A DNA stretch of 64,000 bases from NCBI GenBank assembly GCA_013239625.1, contig MU054212.1, positions 8,251,412 through 8,315,411 of the forward strand, given 5' to 3'. The notes beneath the pieces are model-generated. The model searched no databases, was not told where the DNA came from, and worked only from the letters and a program-made list of their open reading frames with translations. Both the position numbers and the translations under genes were made by a program. Source of the DNA: Lama guanicoe (lineage: Eukaryota). Below are positions 14,182 through 28,705 of the stretch, piece after piece (position 1 is the stretch's first letter; each line of letters starts with the position of its first letter).

Positions 14182-14799
14182 GTCCAACTTCAGAAATCTT
14201 GCTCTCAACCACCGTGTTAAACTACCTCCTAAATTATTTGAGAATCTCAGGTTTTCACTCTCTAGGATAAATATAAATGGAGTCCAGTATCACCTTAGAA
14301 CAGTCCTGACCTCTGTGGGGCCTCCTGGGATCCAAGTCTGTTAAATAGTTTCTTACATCTTCCCTTCACTACTTTATTCCCTTTTATATCCTATTATATG
14401 TCATACTATGGTATGGAATTATCGGTTTAAATACTTATGAAATTAATCATTTCCAATGAAACTGGATCTCTCAGGAAATTTCATGCTTTTTCTTTTTAGG
14501 TCTCAGCTGTCTAGGATTTAGCCTTTCTTTCATGGGACTCTAAGCAGTAAAGACTGCTATGAATATTTCTGTTCAAGTTCCACAGAATACCGAAAAGTGA
14601 AAAAGGTGAGAAGAAAAAAGACCACCTTTATTTCTGAAGCCACTGCTCCTAGAGTAGCATTTCCCAACCAGGACTCTGGGATGCTGACATGCCATAACGG
14701 TGGTCCTGGGATTTCATGAGACCCAAGAACCAACTTTTGACGAGGCGTATTAGTGTGTAGGTAATCATAGTCTGCTGGACAAAGAGAATAGAAAAGAGC

Positions 14800-14802
<3 letters not shown>

Positions 14803-14848
<46 letters not shown>

Positions 14849-14850
14849 TG
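14803..14850. repeat. Compound microsatellite (TG)14(CGTG)5
   Basis: Read directly from the sequence. Confidence 0.95.
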
Positions 14851-15350
14851 TTGTGTATTTACATACACAAGCAGTCTTGAAAAAGGCCCTGGTCCCTGTG
14901 TCAATGCAGGAAGTGCTGTCACTACACTCAAAGGACTATAATGTGATTCTAACAATGCAGCTTAGGATGCAGTTCCCCTTGAAAATAACCTTATAGAATC
15001 ACAATGTTACAGTTAGAATTCTGAGACCTTAGAGATACAAAAGGAAGAGATCCAACCCCTTCATTTTTCAGATAAGTCAATGCTGCAGGGCAAGAAGTGA
15101 TGTCTGTGGATTTCTGGTCCAAGAGTCTGATATGATTAATCAGGCTCTCCGGGTCCTGTGTTCTTCCAGGTACTCCAGGTACTGCCTCCTGTGTCCACTT
15201 AATTCTCAAAACCACCCAAAGATTGACAGATGACACAATGTCTCATAGTGTTTACTTATTAAGCCTAGTAGATTATAAGCAGTTTTGCATATTATTAAAT
15301 CTTTTACAAGATTTTTAGTGACTGTAGAGCCATCAGGCTTTTGGATGTAC

Positions 15351-15895
15351 TGTAATTTAATCCACCAATCCCGTGTGTCTCAGTCACCTCCTCTTCATCC
15401 CACTGATAAGGGAGGGACTCCCGCCCTAGGGGGACAGGGATGGCTGGATGTACGACACCCAACACCAGACAGGTGAGATGACAGCAACCTATTAGTCACA
15501 TATACTCATGGTCCAAGGGAGGAAGGTGCACACCACACGGCCCCCTGGGGCTTGCCTCCGAGGACAGAGTGAACAAGCAGGGTCTGTGGGAGGCAGGCTC
15601 TGCAGAGACAAGAGGATGAGGTGACCCCGGTCCCCACAGGAGGGTGTGACTGGCTTGTTAGAGTGATCCTGCTGACTGGCAGGGAACTGAAGCCGGCGAC
15701 TCAGGGATAAGCAACACCGTGCCTAGTTCCATGACATGGAGGGGTCTGGGGCCAGCGCATCTTATCCGAGGAAGCAGAATTGGGAGGGGAGGGGAGGAGA
15801 ACTTGCAGTTAGGCCATTCAAGCCTCTCCACACACCCAGTTTCAGATGTCAAGGCAGCACATAACCTTGAATTTTAATTCTAGGCCTTACACCAC
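15351..15895 (-). mobile_element. ERVL-class solo LTR (MER54/MER73/MER74 group)
   Basis: TG..CA-bounded block sharing antisense motifs with the MER74-like LTR at 61.2 kb; subfamily uncertain. Confidence 0.5.
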
Positions 15896-16640
15896 ACCCT
15901 GTTGTCTAAATTCCCAATAGTTCATTCTCATAAACAAAGCTTCAGTGGGCACCTCTGAACATCTATCGTTTTATCTTTGAACATTTATCATTTTATCTCT
16001 GGTCATTTCCTTAGGATAAACTCCTCAATGCTGAACTTCAATGGGATAAAGCAAAATTTTGAACAGAAAAATTGCCTGCAGGACGCTGTATGAGTGTATT
16101 TATTGGGAGGGGGACTCCACCGTGAGGAAGGAAATCATTTTCACATTGACTAGAACCATCCAGGTCTCCCAACTGCCTTCCAATCACAGCAGGCATATTT
16201 ACGAGCAGATCCACTACTCAAATTCTGTTTGCCACATGTAAATCGAAAAGTACACATTAAGCTTGCCATGTTTCAGGATTTCATCATGTTTTTGGCAAGA
16301 GTATGTACACATAAGGAGAGCTTTTGTTAAACCACATAACTCTGATCTTGTTTATGAGCTCTAAAATTAAATTATCTCACATAAATACTCAGAAGGTAAT
16401 TTTCATATTAGTCTCAATGGTCCACAGTACCACCACAAAAGATCCAGTCACAATTCATTCTGTGACACGGGCGGCCTGTCGGCTTGATACAATGAGCTGC
16501 TTCGTGGGAGTTTCATGACCTACAGACTCTCACGCTTTTGGAGATGGAAAGAGTAGCTGGAAGTACTTTTGCTTCAACTGTGGCAAAAGCATGTACTATT
16601 GAGTAAAGGAAATATACTAATTTCAAAGAAGACTCTAGTT

Positions 16641-16863
16641 CAGAGCCTGCAAACTTTCCCTGGGAAGGGCCAAATTATAAATATCTTAGATTTTGCAGGC
16701 CGTTAGGTGTCTGTCACGACTACTAAACTCTGCTGTTGTATCACGGAATCGGCCACAGACAACACATAAATGATGTAGCAGTGTTCCAATAAAACTTTAT
16801 TTACAAAAAAAAAAGAGCGATAGGCCAGATTTGGCTTGTGGGTCATAAATTTACCACCTCCTG
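16641..16863 (+). mobile_element. hAT-Charlie MITE MER58A
   Basis: cag..caaactttccctgggaagggcca..ctctgctgttgta..gtgttccaataaaactttatttacaaaaa..ggccagatttggc..ctg, flanked by 8-bp hAT-type TSD-like ctctagtt/ctctagac. Confidence 0.85.
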
Positions 16864-16959
16864 CTCTAGACTATATTGATCTTCTCCTTCTCTGGTATTT
16901 TCTTTTCTAACCATGCAGTTACTATGTCCTAAGCCCTATTCGGCTTTTAAAAATTAATG

Positions 16960-17130
16960 TATTTAATCCTCAAAACAACTCTGCTATTAGCATCTTCCCA
17001 TTTTATAGATGAGAAAATTAAGTCACAGAGAGGCTGGGTAACTCTCCGAGGGTTATACAACCAGTAAACAGTAGAACTAGAACTTGAACCCAAGCAGTCT
17101 GACCGCAGAGACCACAGCTTGCCACCCACG
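16960..17130 (-). mobile_element. MIR SINE
   Basis: atttaatcctcaaaacaactctg..cccattttatagatgagaaaattaagtcacagagagg..ttgaacccaagcagtctgac. Confidence 0.8.
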
Positions 17131-19400
17131 CCTGTGAGGTTTTAACTGTGCTAAGAGCCCTCAGAAATTCACCCACCCTTCCAGGGACTCCAGAAGCTCT
17201 CCAAGTCTGGCTGCTACTCAGAGTAGATTATTTTTGCTGGAATCCATCCAAGTGGATTCCAGGTTCACTGTGGTTCTGTGTGAGATTTCTAATAAGGGTA
17301 ACACGGGAAGATGCTGAGGGTTGGTCCCGAATCTACCCTGGCATTTGGAGGCTCTCAGATTCTAGATCTTTATCCAGCATCTTTTCCCAATTTGCTATAA
17401 GCCTCGGAGTTGCTATGTCCCCCAAGGAATAATTTGGGACAATACTGTGCTACCAAAATATGCCGTTTAAAAAATGAGAAGACACTAAAAAATTATCATA
17501 TTTCATGTAAAATTAAGGACTATAGAAATAAAAAAATTAGCCCAAAGTTCTCTTATAACACAAAATTATGAGTCATCTGGATGAAAAGCGATGATGTTTG
17601 TCACTGTAAGTAACAGGATATTATCATGAGGTTTGGAATTTATCTCTTTAATTCTGAATAAAGTAAACAGATCCTGGCTGTTGGTGTTCTGATAATACCA
17701 AGGATGGGAGTTCAATTTTAACTTGCTGCTTGCTGAACATTCCTCATGATTTGATTCTCCCTCACCATCCCATCATATTATCTAGACTTTCCTTTCAATC
17801 ACGTCTTAACCTCTTTTGATAGGGTTAAAACCACATCATTAAAGAAGAAAGTAAACTGAACATTCCCTTTTGGAATGTGGAAACTCCTTGTGGTTGCCAA
17901 AAAGAACTTGAAATGCTTTAAGATTGAGATTATACATTCAGTCAAATCAGCAAACATTAATTGCTTTGTGCAAAGATTCAGAACATAAGTAGAATGAGAA
18001 AAGAGGTTTTCTGTGAAGCAGCCTCTGGGAGAGGGAAGTGCATGTTTCCACGTCCCATGCATAAAGGCCAAGGGCAAGTCCATATGCTTTTCTATGGCCT
18101 TTACTGCAGAGAAAAGAAAATCCCGTTTCTGTTTGCTAAAAGTCTTCTGCTTTCCTATCCTGAGAGAACAGAGAATGTTTACCTCTGAAGGGGCACACAA
18201 AATCCTACACAGGATATATTTATAAGTTTAAAAAAAAGATATTTTTTCACATAAATGTGTTTGGTGATTCATGAGAAAACACCACTGTGGTACTGTAACC
18301 TGGGTCCCTAACGAGCTCTGAAGTTTTCACTGAACAGGAAAGATGTGAAGGGACAGAGGATGAAAAAATAGGTGAAGCCGACCACGTTCCGAGCTCCGTG
18401 CCGGGAAATCTAATACAAACGATTACGTGAAGGACACAGCTAATTTAAAATGTTAGCTCCTGTCTTCAAGTTTTGAAGACTGCTATCATTAAAAATATTT
18501 TCTCTCGTTTCAATTTCTGTTTGGAAATTTTAAACTTTATTTTGAAAGCACTTTTCTTCTACACTAACACCTTTTTCTTAAAGCAGGCTGAGGAAGGCTG
18601 CTGCTTGAAGGGGTCTCTCTCCGACCTTCCTACCTGAGGCCAAGGGACTGTGGCTGCCCATCTTGTAACTGCTGTAAGAGCAAAGGGACCTCTGGGGCAT
18701 TTTTAGCATTAAGACCTTCTTTTCCATCTCCCACCCCCCCATTATAAGCTAATGTATTCTTCAACATGAGGACTCTTGTGTGTTCACGATTGTAGTCAAT
18801 GAGGCATGACTTTGCAAGCAGCTGGACTCTCCCCTTGAGAAGTCATTTACATAATTAAACATTGAAGCATCTGAACATGGGACGTATCGGGTGTGACCCA
18901 CTCTTGCATCTGAGGTGACTTCAAAGCAGCATCGCACACTTCTGGCAACTGCTCGATCAGATCACGCCTAACGCCTCACCCCTCCAGCAGGCCTCCCCTG
19001 CTAACCTCGAGACCGCTCCAAGCACAACAACTAGCTGCCTCCTCTCACATTTCCTGCCTCAATTTTGCTGAAAACTCACGTTCCTTGACTTAAACTAATT
19101 TACTCTTTTTGTTATGTTTTCTGTGCCCCGGATGATGGCTAGATTCACTTAGCTGTTTGAAGTTTTAAAATAAAGACTATGGTGCAAAAAATAAAATAAA
19201 GGCTATGGGGCTCTGAATATACTCATTTACTGAATACATATGAACCCATATCATACTGTTTGCTCTATTTAAACAATTGATATTTTTCATTGCACAGAGA
19301 ATTCAAATTCCCTCGTGTGATCCCCATAACAACCCGCTGAAGTATATATTACTATTCCCATTTGACAGACGAGCAAGTTGAGCCTCAGAAGTCAAACTAC

Positions 19401-19530
19401 GGGGGAGGGGATAGCTCAGTGGTAGAGTGCATGCTTAGCATGCACGAGGTCCTGGGTTCAATGCCCAGTACCTCCTCCAAAATTAAATATGAAAAAAAAA
19501 CTTAATTACCTCCCCACCAAAAAAAAAAAA
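19401..19530 (+). mobile_element. tRNA-Ala-derived SINE (vic-1 type) inserted into a MIR
   Basis: gggggaggggatagctcagtggtagagtgcatgcttagcatgcacgaggtcctgggttcaatgcccagtacctcc plus tail; TSD aagtcaaacta/aagttaaacta; MIR sequence on both sides. Confidence 0.92.
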
Positions 19531-20309
19531 GTTAAACTAGAAATGAGTAGAACAGTGATAATGATTCAGACCCACTCACTGATTTCCAGAACTTATTGCT
19601 CTTAACCATTAGGCAACATTGCCTACAAATTTCTCTTTATCTGGAGTGATTAATATAAAATCACACATAATTACATTCTCAGAAATTACCTTCAACTATA
19701 TTTTTAAACTATATCTTTTTTAAAATCACTTTTATAACTTTAGATGAGCTAATTCTTAACAGTATTTCGGTTATGAATCCCATAGAAAATGACAATGCTG
19801 TGGACCTTTTGCCCAGGAAAAAAAACACATCCCACAAAGACAACAGTCTAGATGGCTGCCAACTTTAAAGGTGTCTCCACTGACAGATTAGAATCTTTTT
19901 CAATCATAGGCTAAAAAACGTTGCCAGCTCATCTCTCTGCAGATATTACCAGCAAACCCTCCCATTCTTTGATTTTACTTTCTAGTGAAGTGAAATACAC
20001 CATTTCCATTACTACATTCCGGCCACGACATAAGGAAATGACTCACGATGGACTTTCCACACTGTTAAATCCCCACGCCTTCAACAATGATGTTAAAGAT
20101 GTGACCTTCCTACCCCATCAGCCGCAGAGACGTGGCCTTATTTTGCTACTTGCCAGTACATTCTTCCCTCCTGCTGAAATAATCTTGACTTGTTTATCAG
20201 AACACATAATAATAAGGCACAATTCATTTTCCTAGCATAGAATCATTCGGAGAGAAAGGGTTTGACCACAGGACATAAGAAAAAGACTTAGGAGAGGCTG
20301 GTTATAAAA

Positions 20310-20580
20310 GGCAGTACAGAATTCCATGGACGTTAAGAGCCCAAGCTTTGGAGTAAGGTGGCTGAGACAGACAGAGGCTCAAGTCCGGGTTCTGCCACTC
20401 ACTCTCTGTGTGACCTTGAACGATTTATTTGACCTCTCCAACTTTCTTAACCTGTGAAACTGTGATAATACTACACATCCTGCATGGCTCAAATTAATGT
20501 TGAGATCAGATGCTGAGATTAGATGTGAAACACACAAGAGTTTGGCACACAGTAGCACTGGATAATGGGTAGTATTATTA
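20310..20580 (+). mobile_element. MIR SINE
   Basis: gttaagagcccaagctttggag..caagtccgggttctgccactcactctctgtgtgaccttgaacgatttatttgacctctc..tggcacacagtagcact. Confidence 0.75.
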
Positions 20581-22779
20581 CAGCATCCTTAGTAATTTTC
20601 AATGGACTGTTACCCGATATGATCACAGAAAATTATATCCTAGTCAACAGTTTTCATATTTATATTTATCATTGTTAAAAGTAATATGTAGGATTAAACC
20701 ACAGACTTTTTGCCTGTACCCAAAAGGAAACCCAATCAATTAAGTCACTGATTTTTAAGGATTAGAGCATATAAAAATGCATAAAGAGAAAATCATATGC
20801 CTTCCCCTATTTTTAATCATCTGGGAGGATCCTCTGGGCTCAGGGTTACACTAATAAATATTAATCATCATTATTATATAATAGATATTCTGAAATACAG
20901 AATAAGAGGTTTTCAGATGATAAAATATTATTCTTTTACTATAGCACAATATTCTATAATATATCCTTTTATTAAGTCATCAAGAAGATTTATTTGTAAG
21001 AGGTACTGAAAATGTGGTAGGTACTCAATGAATATTTATTGAATTGAAGGCCAAACTGAAAATCACAGATGCCAGAGCTTTATGCATTCTCCCACTATGT
21101 CTCATCCTTTCCCAGCATGACAGAGATTATATGTCTACTTTATATTTGAAGCAATTGTGTGTTAGGAAGCTTAATTTGCCAATGTACACATCTAGTAACT
21201 TGTGTGAAAGTAACTAGTAATTAGTACATTAGCATTCCAACCTTGGCCTAACTTCAAATCCATGTTGTTTTTTTTAATCATACTCAGCTGCCTGCCAAAT
21301 TTTACAAGGAAAAACACATAATTTTCAAACCAGTCAGGAACTCTGTTTATAAAATGTCTTACTCTCTCCATTATCAATCTGATAACTTCCTAGAAGAAAA
21401 AATGGCAAAGTTTACAGAATATACTTAATGTACTATCTCTTAAATAGAGAGATTTCTAATTCAAAAAATAGAAGGTTAAAAAAAATGCAACAGACTTCTA
21501 ATCTGAGACAACAATTCAATTAAAAAATATAACACCCTTTTCCCAATTTATTACGTGAATTAATATGAATGAACTGCCATCCCCAAATAATTAGAATACC
21601 AGTTGTAGGCATAGCTTGGCAATTTGACTACTTAACTAATTTGAACAAAGCACCACAAAGGGCATATGAAAACGGTATGCATAAATCAAGAGAATTTCTC
21701 CAATTTTAATGAATCATATCTCTCAGGAGATAAGCCAAGTTAAAAGTTAGTTTATGTGCCAATTAAGGAAGCTATAATCATAAACAATTTGCCTGTGTCT
21801 GGAATAAAATTTAATCAATCTAGGATCATTTCCTTTTCATCTGTGTAAAAAAAAAAGAAGTAATTTATCTGGGCAATGATTAGCAAGAATTTGGAAAAAA
21901 ATTAAAATATTGGAATGCAAGAACTAGGGTAGGGAACTCAGCATCAACTGAAAATCTAACATGGACTCGTAAGCCAGGCACTTCTACAGGTGCTCCTGGG
22001 AAGAAACAGGTACCAGCTCAGTCCTGGAAATGTCACCTGTATAGCCAAGCAGGCTGATGATATTTATGAGTTTGCTAGGTCTCACAGAACACAGAGAATG
22101 AAGAAACTCAGTAGATTTAATTGATTTTATCACCTCAGCACCCCAGGCTTTTCAAAACAATACCAGATCCTTTTGTTGTAGAAGTTACGTGCCTTAATTT
22201 TTCATTTTTCTATTAGAACCAAATTGTTATCAAGTGTCAGGAGTATAGATAACAAAAGGAAGTAGAATAATTAAAGGTAAAATGATGCAATTTTTTTGTA
22301 AAATAATACAATATCTAAAGGTAAGTAATACAATAAGGCTCAGAAAAGCCAAAACAGCAGCCAGGTGCCTTATTTTATGTATGAGACTGTGCCAGGAATC
22401 ATTAGCAGGAATGAACCATTTAGGAAATCTTAGCCAAAGCCAGAGACTCCTCTAGAATTCCGTCTTCTCTCGAGTGTAGCTATATCATGCAACCGAGTAA
22501 CAAGGTTCAGAAACCATATTTTTCATCATTTTATAATGCATAGACAAGCTCAATGTAAATGACTGTATTACTAGAAGCCAAATCATAGCACTCTGCCTCT
22601 GAACTTAACAGGGACAATGAAGGCTTGTGATACAACAAAGTGTGCTGAAATCTACATAGTGCCACAATTCAACAGCCTAAAAAGAGGTGATTAGAGCTTA
22701 TGAAACCTCCCTCTCACGGCTGCTTAGGCATTCATTTTTCCTTAATATTCCTTTTTAAGTTACAAAAGCATTAACAATT

Positions 22780-23330
22780 GTTTGGAAAATAAAGGAAAAT
22801 CATCACGTCCCTGCCACCTTAAAACTACTATCATTTGTATTATCCCCATCTAGTCTTTTTTTTTTTCATGTATACAAAATCCTTTATTTTACACCAATAG
22901 GGTCATATTACATACAGCTTGCTTTTTTTTTCACCTAAAATGTTTCTTGGAGATGCTTTCTTATTGGTATTTAAAGCTGTCTCATTCTTTTCAACGGCCG
23001 CACGTTATTTCAGTATGTGGATGCAGCATAATTTACTTACCCATTCCCTATAAAATACCAAGTCACTTGCTTGCAATTTTTTGATATTATGAACAATGCC
23101 ACAAGCAGCATTCTGGTACTCACTTCTTTATGCGGATATGCAAGTGTATTGGTGGGATAAATTCCTAGAAGTGGATCTTCCTTAGCTGATGTTTTACGTA
23201 GTGAAAGTCACAGCATCCATACAATTTTACAGCCTGCATATTTCACATTGGGTATTACACACAGCAAACACTTCCCATGTTGCTATGCAGCCTCCAAGAT
23301 TAACGTTTTCAGTGGTCTGTGGCTTCCTAT
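22780..23330 (-). mobile_element. Ancient L1ME-type fragments
   Basis: Antisense L1 3' motifs (tctcattctttt..cagtatgtggatg..aatttacttaccc; gggataaattcctagaagtgga). Confidence 0.55.
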
Positions 23331-26144
23331 TAAGGGGATCTATTCAACCTTCGCTCTATTGTTAGGTATACCTGCTTCAATAAATAATGCGATGCGCTTC
23401 CTCACGCACCGTATCTTGCCCTAAGTCCCCCCTCGGTCCTCCTCTCACTGAACTCCTCTTCACACAAAGGCATCCCCATTCTAAACATGCTCTAGGGCCC
23501 TGTGACCTTGGAGTTCCTTGCCTAAGGGGCATGATATATGCTACAACATGGACCTCGAAAACATCATGGTTATTGAAATAAACATTCAACTGCTTGGGAC
23601 TTGCAAACAATTTCCCCAACTGGTTACCATTCAGAAAGTTCAACTTTTAATGTAGTTCAAATCTAACTTCAAGGTTCCGGGTTTTCCAGTTTACCTAAGA
23701 AGTTCCTCTCCCTCACTCCCACATCCCACCTCACCACATTATAAAAATATTCTCCTACAGCTTCATTTGCTACATTTAAATATCTAGTTCATCCCACACT
23801 CATATTTATATAAACACAGCAAAAGGATGCAGAGTAAACTGCTAGCTACAGTTCTCTAAACTTTGCCTTCATATGATAGAACTGGATCCTTTGTAATATA
23901 TATGTATTACTTAATAAACAAACAAGAATACTGTCTAGCTCTTAAAAAAAATGGTATATGTAAACATTACCATTTTCACTGCCAAGCTGAGAAAAGGAAT
24001 AAAATAAAACAATTCATTTGGGAGTATTCAAATGTACTCAGCAAAGGAAACTATCAACCCAGATTCTAAATAACCAATCCTTGTAAACTTTAGAATAACA
24101 ACAGATAAAAAAACCATTTTTTTATCTTCCCTCAAATGGTTTAGCCAAATGGAAGAATAAATAAACCTATATTCCATTCAGGGTAAAATGAACCTGTGGT
24201 TCACCTAAAGATCAAGCTTAGGTTAATTAGTAAAAGGAGACAGACCAGATGATGATAACCAGCCCAAAATAAAAAAAGAAGCACATGATTAAGCGAGCAG
24301 ATGGCCGCTTGCAATTTACTGTTTGATTTGGATTGATGGTCCAACTAGGGAAAGTCTTTAGCTTAAGCTCTTCCCTTGAGAGCCCTAGATGGCTGGACTC
24401 CAGTGATTTGTTCAGGTTTTGAGTGCTTGTCCTCCTAGACATGCTTCCATAATTCAGAAAAAGTTTAATGTGTCTATCAAACAAGCACTGACAGGGGGGT
24501 CCACACTCCATCACGGCATGCTAACTCACTCTTTCCTTTCAGCCTCAGGCAGGCAGACCGGAAGAAGAAAACACCTTTTTACCTTCTAAAGATCCTATTT
24601 TAAAAGCAAAAATGATTGGAGGAACTATACCTTACTTAAATCATTTTGTATATATACCTTAAGCCAATGTTAGCAAAAATTTGTCAACAATCATGTGTAA
24701 GCAGAATCAGGCCTCAGGACAGGAACCGAAGGTAGAAATGGGTGAACCCAGGAAAGAGAAACAGGGTACCGATTTAAGAAGGAGCCAAAAGCATGCTTTC
24801 GTGTATTTCTCAATTTTGTTTAGAATGAGTACATCCCGTACGACTCATGATCAGCTCTAACAGGCCTTCCCTGATATGAGCTGTCCAACCCAGTAAAAAG
24901 CATCTGTTTTAAGTTGCAAGTATAAACAGAACAAGATCCCAACCAAAACCATAGATATTTCTGACATGGTGTAAGTAGAACATATACATCTTTAAGTATT
25001 TTCCTTTTCATGTAAACATCCATTTAAAAAAAAAGGGTAAAGAAACAGATTTGGATGGGGGATTATAGCTCAGTCCATTCCAGCTTTGAGTTTTTCAGCT
25101 CAAAAGATATTTTTAAAAATAAAAACTGGCAGTTTTTAATGTCAGTCTGAAGTTACTGCCATTATCTCTTGGGTTTTGTTTTTGTTTTCTTTTCTTTTTC
25201 TAACTACAAAAAGATAGACAGATAGACAGACAGATCCGTATTCATCCATTATAAGCAAGAGTTTTCCAATCACTATTTCTCCCAAATTCAGTATTTCATT
25301 AGCAGAAAGATAATCTTGCATTAAATCAAAGATTGACAAATTAAAACTCATATCTTTTTTTCCCTAAATAACTTCACAAACATGTTAAACACAAAAAGGA
25401 AGTTGGAGTTAGGAATTGCGAGGCTCCAAGAATTTTTCGTTTCTAAAGGATTGGATGTGACTGCCAACAATTCCATGGTTTTAGCTATTTCAAAAGGAAG
25501 AATGTGATAATAGCTCCTGGGTGGGATAATTTTGGCTGGACTCGATTAAATCTAAGCTTAAAACTTACAGAGAACAGCTTGGACTGCATTTTTTTTTTTA
25601 AGAAACAGTTATGCATTTCATCTTACTGCAGCCTTGCCAAATTCAGGGCCTTTTGGGAGTCTGGCATTAGATTAGACACTAACAAAGAGAGCTAAATACC
25701 CTGGGTAATATGAGTTACATAACTCCGATCAACACTAATGAGTGTGTGTCTCACTAAAATCTTGCACGTGTACTTTTGGAAAGGAGTCCTTTCCTTTCAC
25801 AAAGAGCTATTTCATTAAGCTCGCAGAAAGTAATCAGTCCAAAAGAGAATGAATGACCAACACTGGACACATTCAGCTGGCACTTTGATCTGCACCCTGA
25901 CATCTTTCTCTTTTGGTAAATAAATCAAATTTACACTTCCTAGAAATGCATCTAGATTGTACATCCAACATCTTAAGCTTTGTTCTTGACACCATTTTCT
26001 GGTGACTTTAGGATATACAATTTTAGTACCACTAATGATAATTCTAGAAACTTGAAAAAATCAACTATACATTGGGTGACTCCTAGAGTCTTCATTTTCG
26101 AAATTTGAACACAAATAATATAAATATTAAAAACTGTCCCATGC

Positions 26145-26880
26145 GTTTCTGATTCCAGGACAAGATGGCATAAATGTACTTTTCTCTTTTCTTTTTGCTA
26201 AGCACAGCTAAAATCTGGAGACTTTATACATAAAACACACATAAGAAGACTTGGAATATTTTTCAAGTATGCAAAGAAAAGAACTCCATATCCAGTGAAA
26301 ATATCCTTCAAGAATGAAGGGGAAATCAGAGTCTCAGATGACAGAAAAGTAAAAGAATCTGTTGTCAGCAGACCTGTCTTTAAGAAAGACTAAAAGAAAA
26401 AAGTAAAAAATAAATGAGGGAAAAATATTCACAGAAAAAAGTAAGATCAATTATCCTATTTAAAAATATATCTGGTTATTCCTGCAGCACTGTGTAAAAC
26501 AGCAAAAAAATTGGCAACAACCTAAATGTTCATCAGTAGGAAACTGATTAAGTTATGGTTTAATAAATTTTACAAGATAGAATATTATGCTGTAGTGAAA
26601 ATGAAAAGGCGCTTTAGTTAATACAGAAAGATTTCTATTATTAAAACTATTATTAGTTTTTTTTAAAGTAAAATGAAAACAATATATAGTATGCTTCCCT
26701 TTGAGTAAAAGGGGCAAAATAAGAAAAGATATTTGATTTGCTCTTATATGAATAAAGAAATTCTGTAATGATATATACAAACCACTTATACTGGCTATCC
26801 AGAGAGTAGGCAGGTAGGTGGGAACCGAGTAGATAAGAAAACTTTTTCATTTTATACTTTTTGCTATTTTTTTAAATCAT
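26145..26880 (+). mobile_element. Old L1 fragments (5'/ORF1 piece and 3' piece)
   Basis: caagatggc 5' motif; ORF1-like gaactccatatccagtgaaaatatccttcaagaatgaaggggaaat..cagcagacctg; 3' motif caacctaaatgttcatcagtaggaaactg. Confidence 0.6.
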
Positions 26881-28553
26881 TCAAAAACTAATCTGTTCAG
26901 AACATCGGATTATAAACAATATGTAGCAGATTAGGAAAAGATCATTTTATTCATTTTAACTTCCATTAAAAGGTATCCCAACTAATTTTTATAGACTGAA
27001 AATATTCTATTAAAGACATAATCAGAGACTAGGAGTCTTAAGATGCTACCAAGAGCCCCTGGATCAAAATGCTGAAAGATGACTTCTTATTCAACAGTCT
27101 AAGAAATGAGTTTAAATTTAAAGTTGGAACAATAATAAAGAATATTTTAGCAAATTTTAAAGGCATTAACAACTGAACCTTATGAAATTCTGAGGTCTAG
27201 AAGTGCCACGCTATTTTAAAGAGATATAAAATACTTATTTAAAAGACAACAGTGAAGGTGGGCCACTGACAGGGCCCTTTGCAGAAGGAAGATGCCGAAT
27301 AAGAAAGTACCAAAGATCTATAGTTTATTACAGCAGCAGCCTAAAGTCTGAGAGTAATATTCCAACAGCTCACTGTCTGTGCACATGTGCACTCAGTGCG
27401 TGTGTTTGTTTATTCATTTGTTTGCTTGTTCATTTATTTATTTTAGTCACGCATTCATTCTGGACTGGCAGCTTGTCCTTTCAATTTTTAAACAAATTTA
27501 AAATTAAAAGCTGAAGGGAATTATATCCTCAAAGCTCACAGACCTACAGAGCTAAAAATCGATTTAAAGTTGAAGAAGTGGTTCTTTACAGAACATTAGC
27601 CTAGATTATAACATTGGAGGAGGGGGGCAGCATGATTACAGCATTGGTAAGTGATCACTAAAAAAGGAAAAGTGATCATTCCTAAGGCAGTGAATAGTAA
27701 GCCTAGAGAGATTATAAATATATATACTTTTATAGCCTCTAGCCGTTTCTGTCTAAACCTTAGTTATTAAATGATTTATATCTTAACGACATAAACAGTA
27801 CACAATTTTTCCAAATTTAAGTATTTTTCCTTGAGAGAAGAAAAAGAAGGAAAATTTACAATGAGTAATACATACTTTGAACAGAAACCCAACAATATAA
27901 AACTGGAGTTTAAGTTGTCATTATGGGAGACATAAATTTAAGTCTGTATTTGTCAGCTACAAACTAGTGAGCCTATAAAAGAATATTTTCATTAATCTAC
28001 TTTGCCTTTTATTTTCCATAATCCAAGCTGGGGTTTGGAGTTCCTCCGTCATGCTCCCAAAGCACTCTATGAATACTGTACCTTACACTGTTCTAGAATT
28101 CTGTGATGTCTCCATGGCACCCTCCTCACAGGTTTCCAGAAGGCTTCTATTGACTGCAGGAGTCACAGAAACTGGCAGAGTGCTTGGCTCAATGGTGATT
28201 AATAAACATTGTTGATTTAATTAAATGTAAAAAAATTTAGGTGATACAGCACATATTTACTATATTAATGATTTTAAATATCCAACTTTTTCATCTAGGC
28301 CAAAGCTATTCAGTTTTTATGTAGGCCACCAACTTTAAAAAGAGATGACAAGTTTACAAGACTGAATAAGCATAAAAGAAACTGAACCTGAAGCGTTTCA
28401 CTATAAAATTCTTCAAGGCTAATATTCTTTCTGTTTATACAGCTCAAAAGTAGGAGTAACAGAGTTCACTCCTTTATAGCATCTTTGTTTTCATATAACT
28501 TTGTGGAAAATATTTCAGATTATTCGGTTCCTTTGGCTGTTAAATTATTTTCC

Positions 28554-28705
28554 TTTTTTTTATTGAAGTATAGTCAGTTTACAATGTTCTGTCAATTTCT
28601 GGTGTGTGGCATAATGTTTCAGTCATACATGCACATGCATATACTCCTTTTTATATTCTTTTTCATTATAGGTTACTGCATGATACTGAACTTAGTTGCC
28701 TGTGC
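28554..28705 (-). mobile_element. Lineage-specific L1 3' tail
   Basis: ttttattgaagtatagtcagtttacaatgtt..tcaatttctggtgt, antisense of the same tail seen at 12.3, 29.1 and 53.3 kb. Confidence 0.85.

Noticed and set aside
19401..19480. Possible genuine tRNA-Ala(AGC) gene (likewise the other six tRNA-like copies)
   Set aside because: Acceptor stem is mispaired, and the copies have a G-rich leader, A-rich tails and often TSDs, so they are SINEs
25055..25075. ggggattatagctcag resembling a SINE/tRNA 5' end
   Set aside because: Only ~16 nt match, with no B box, tail or TSD
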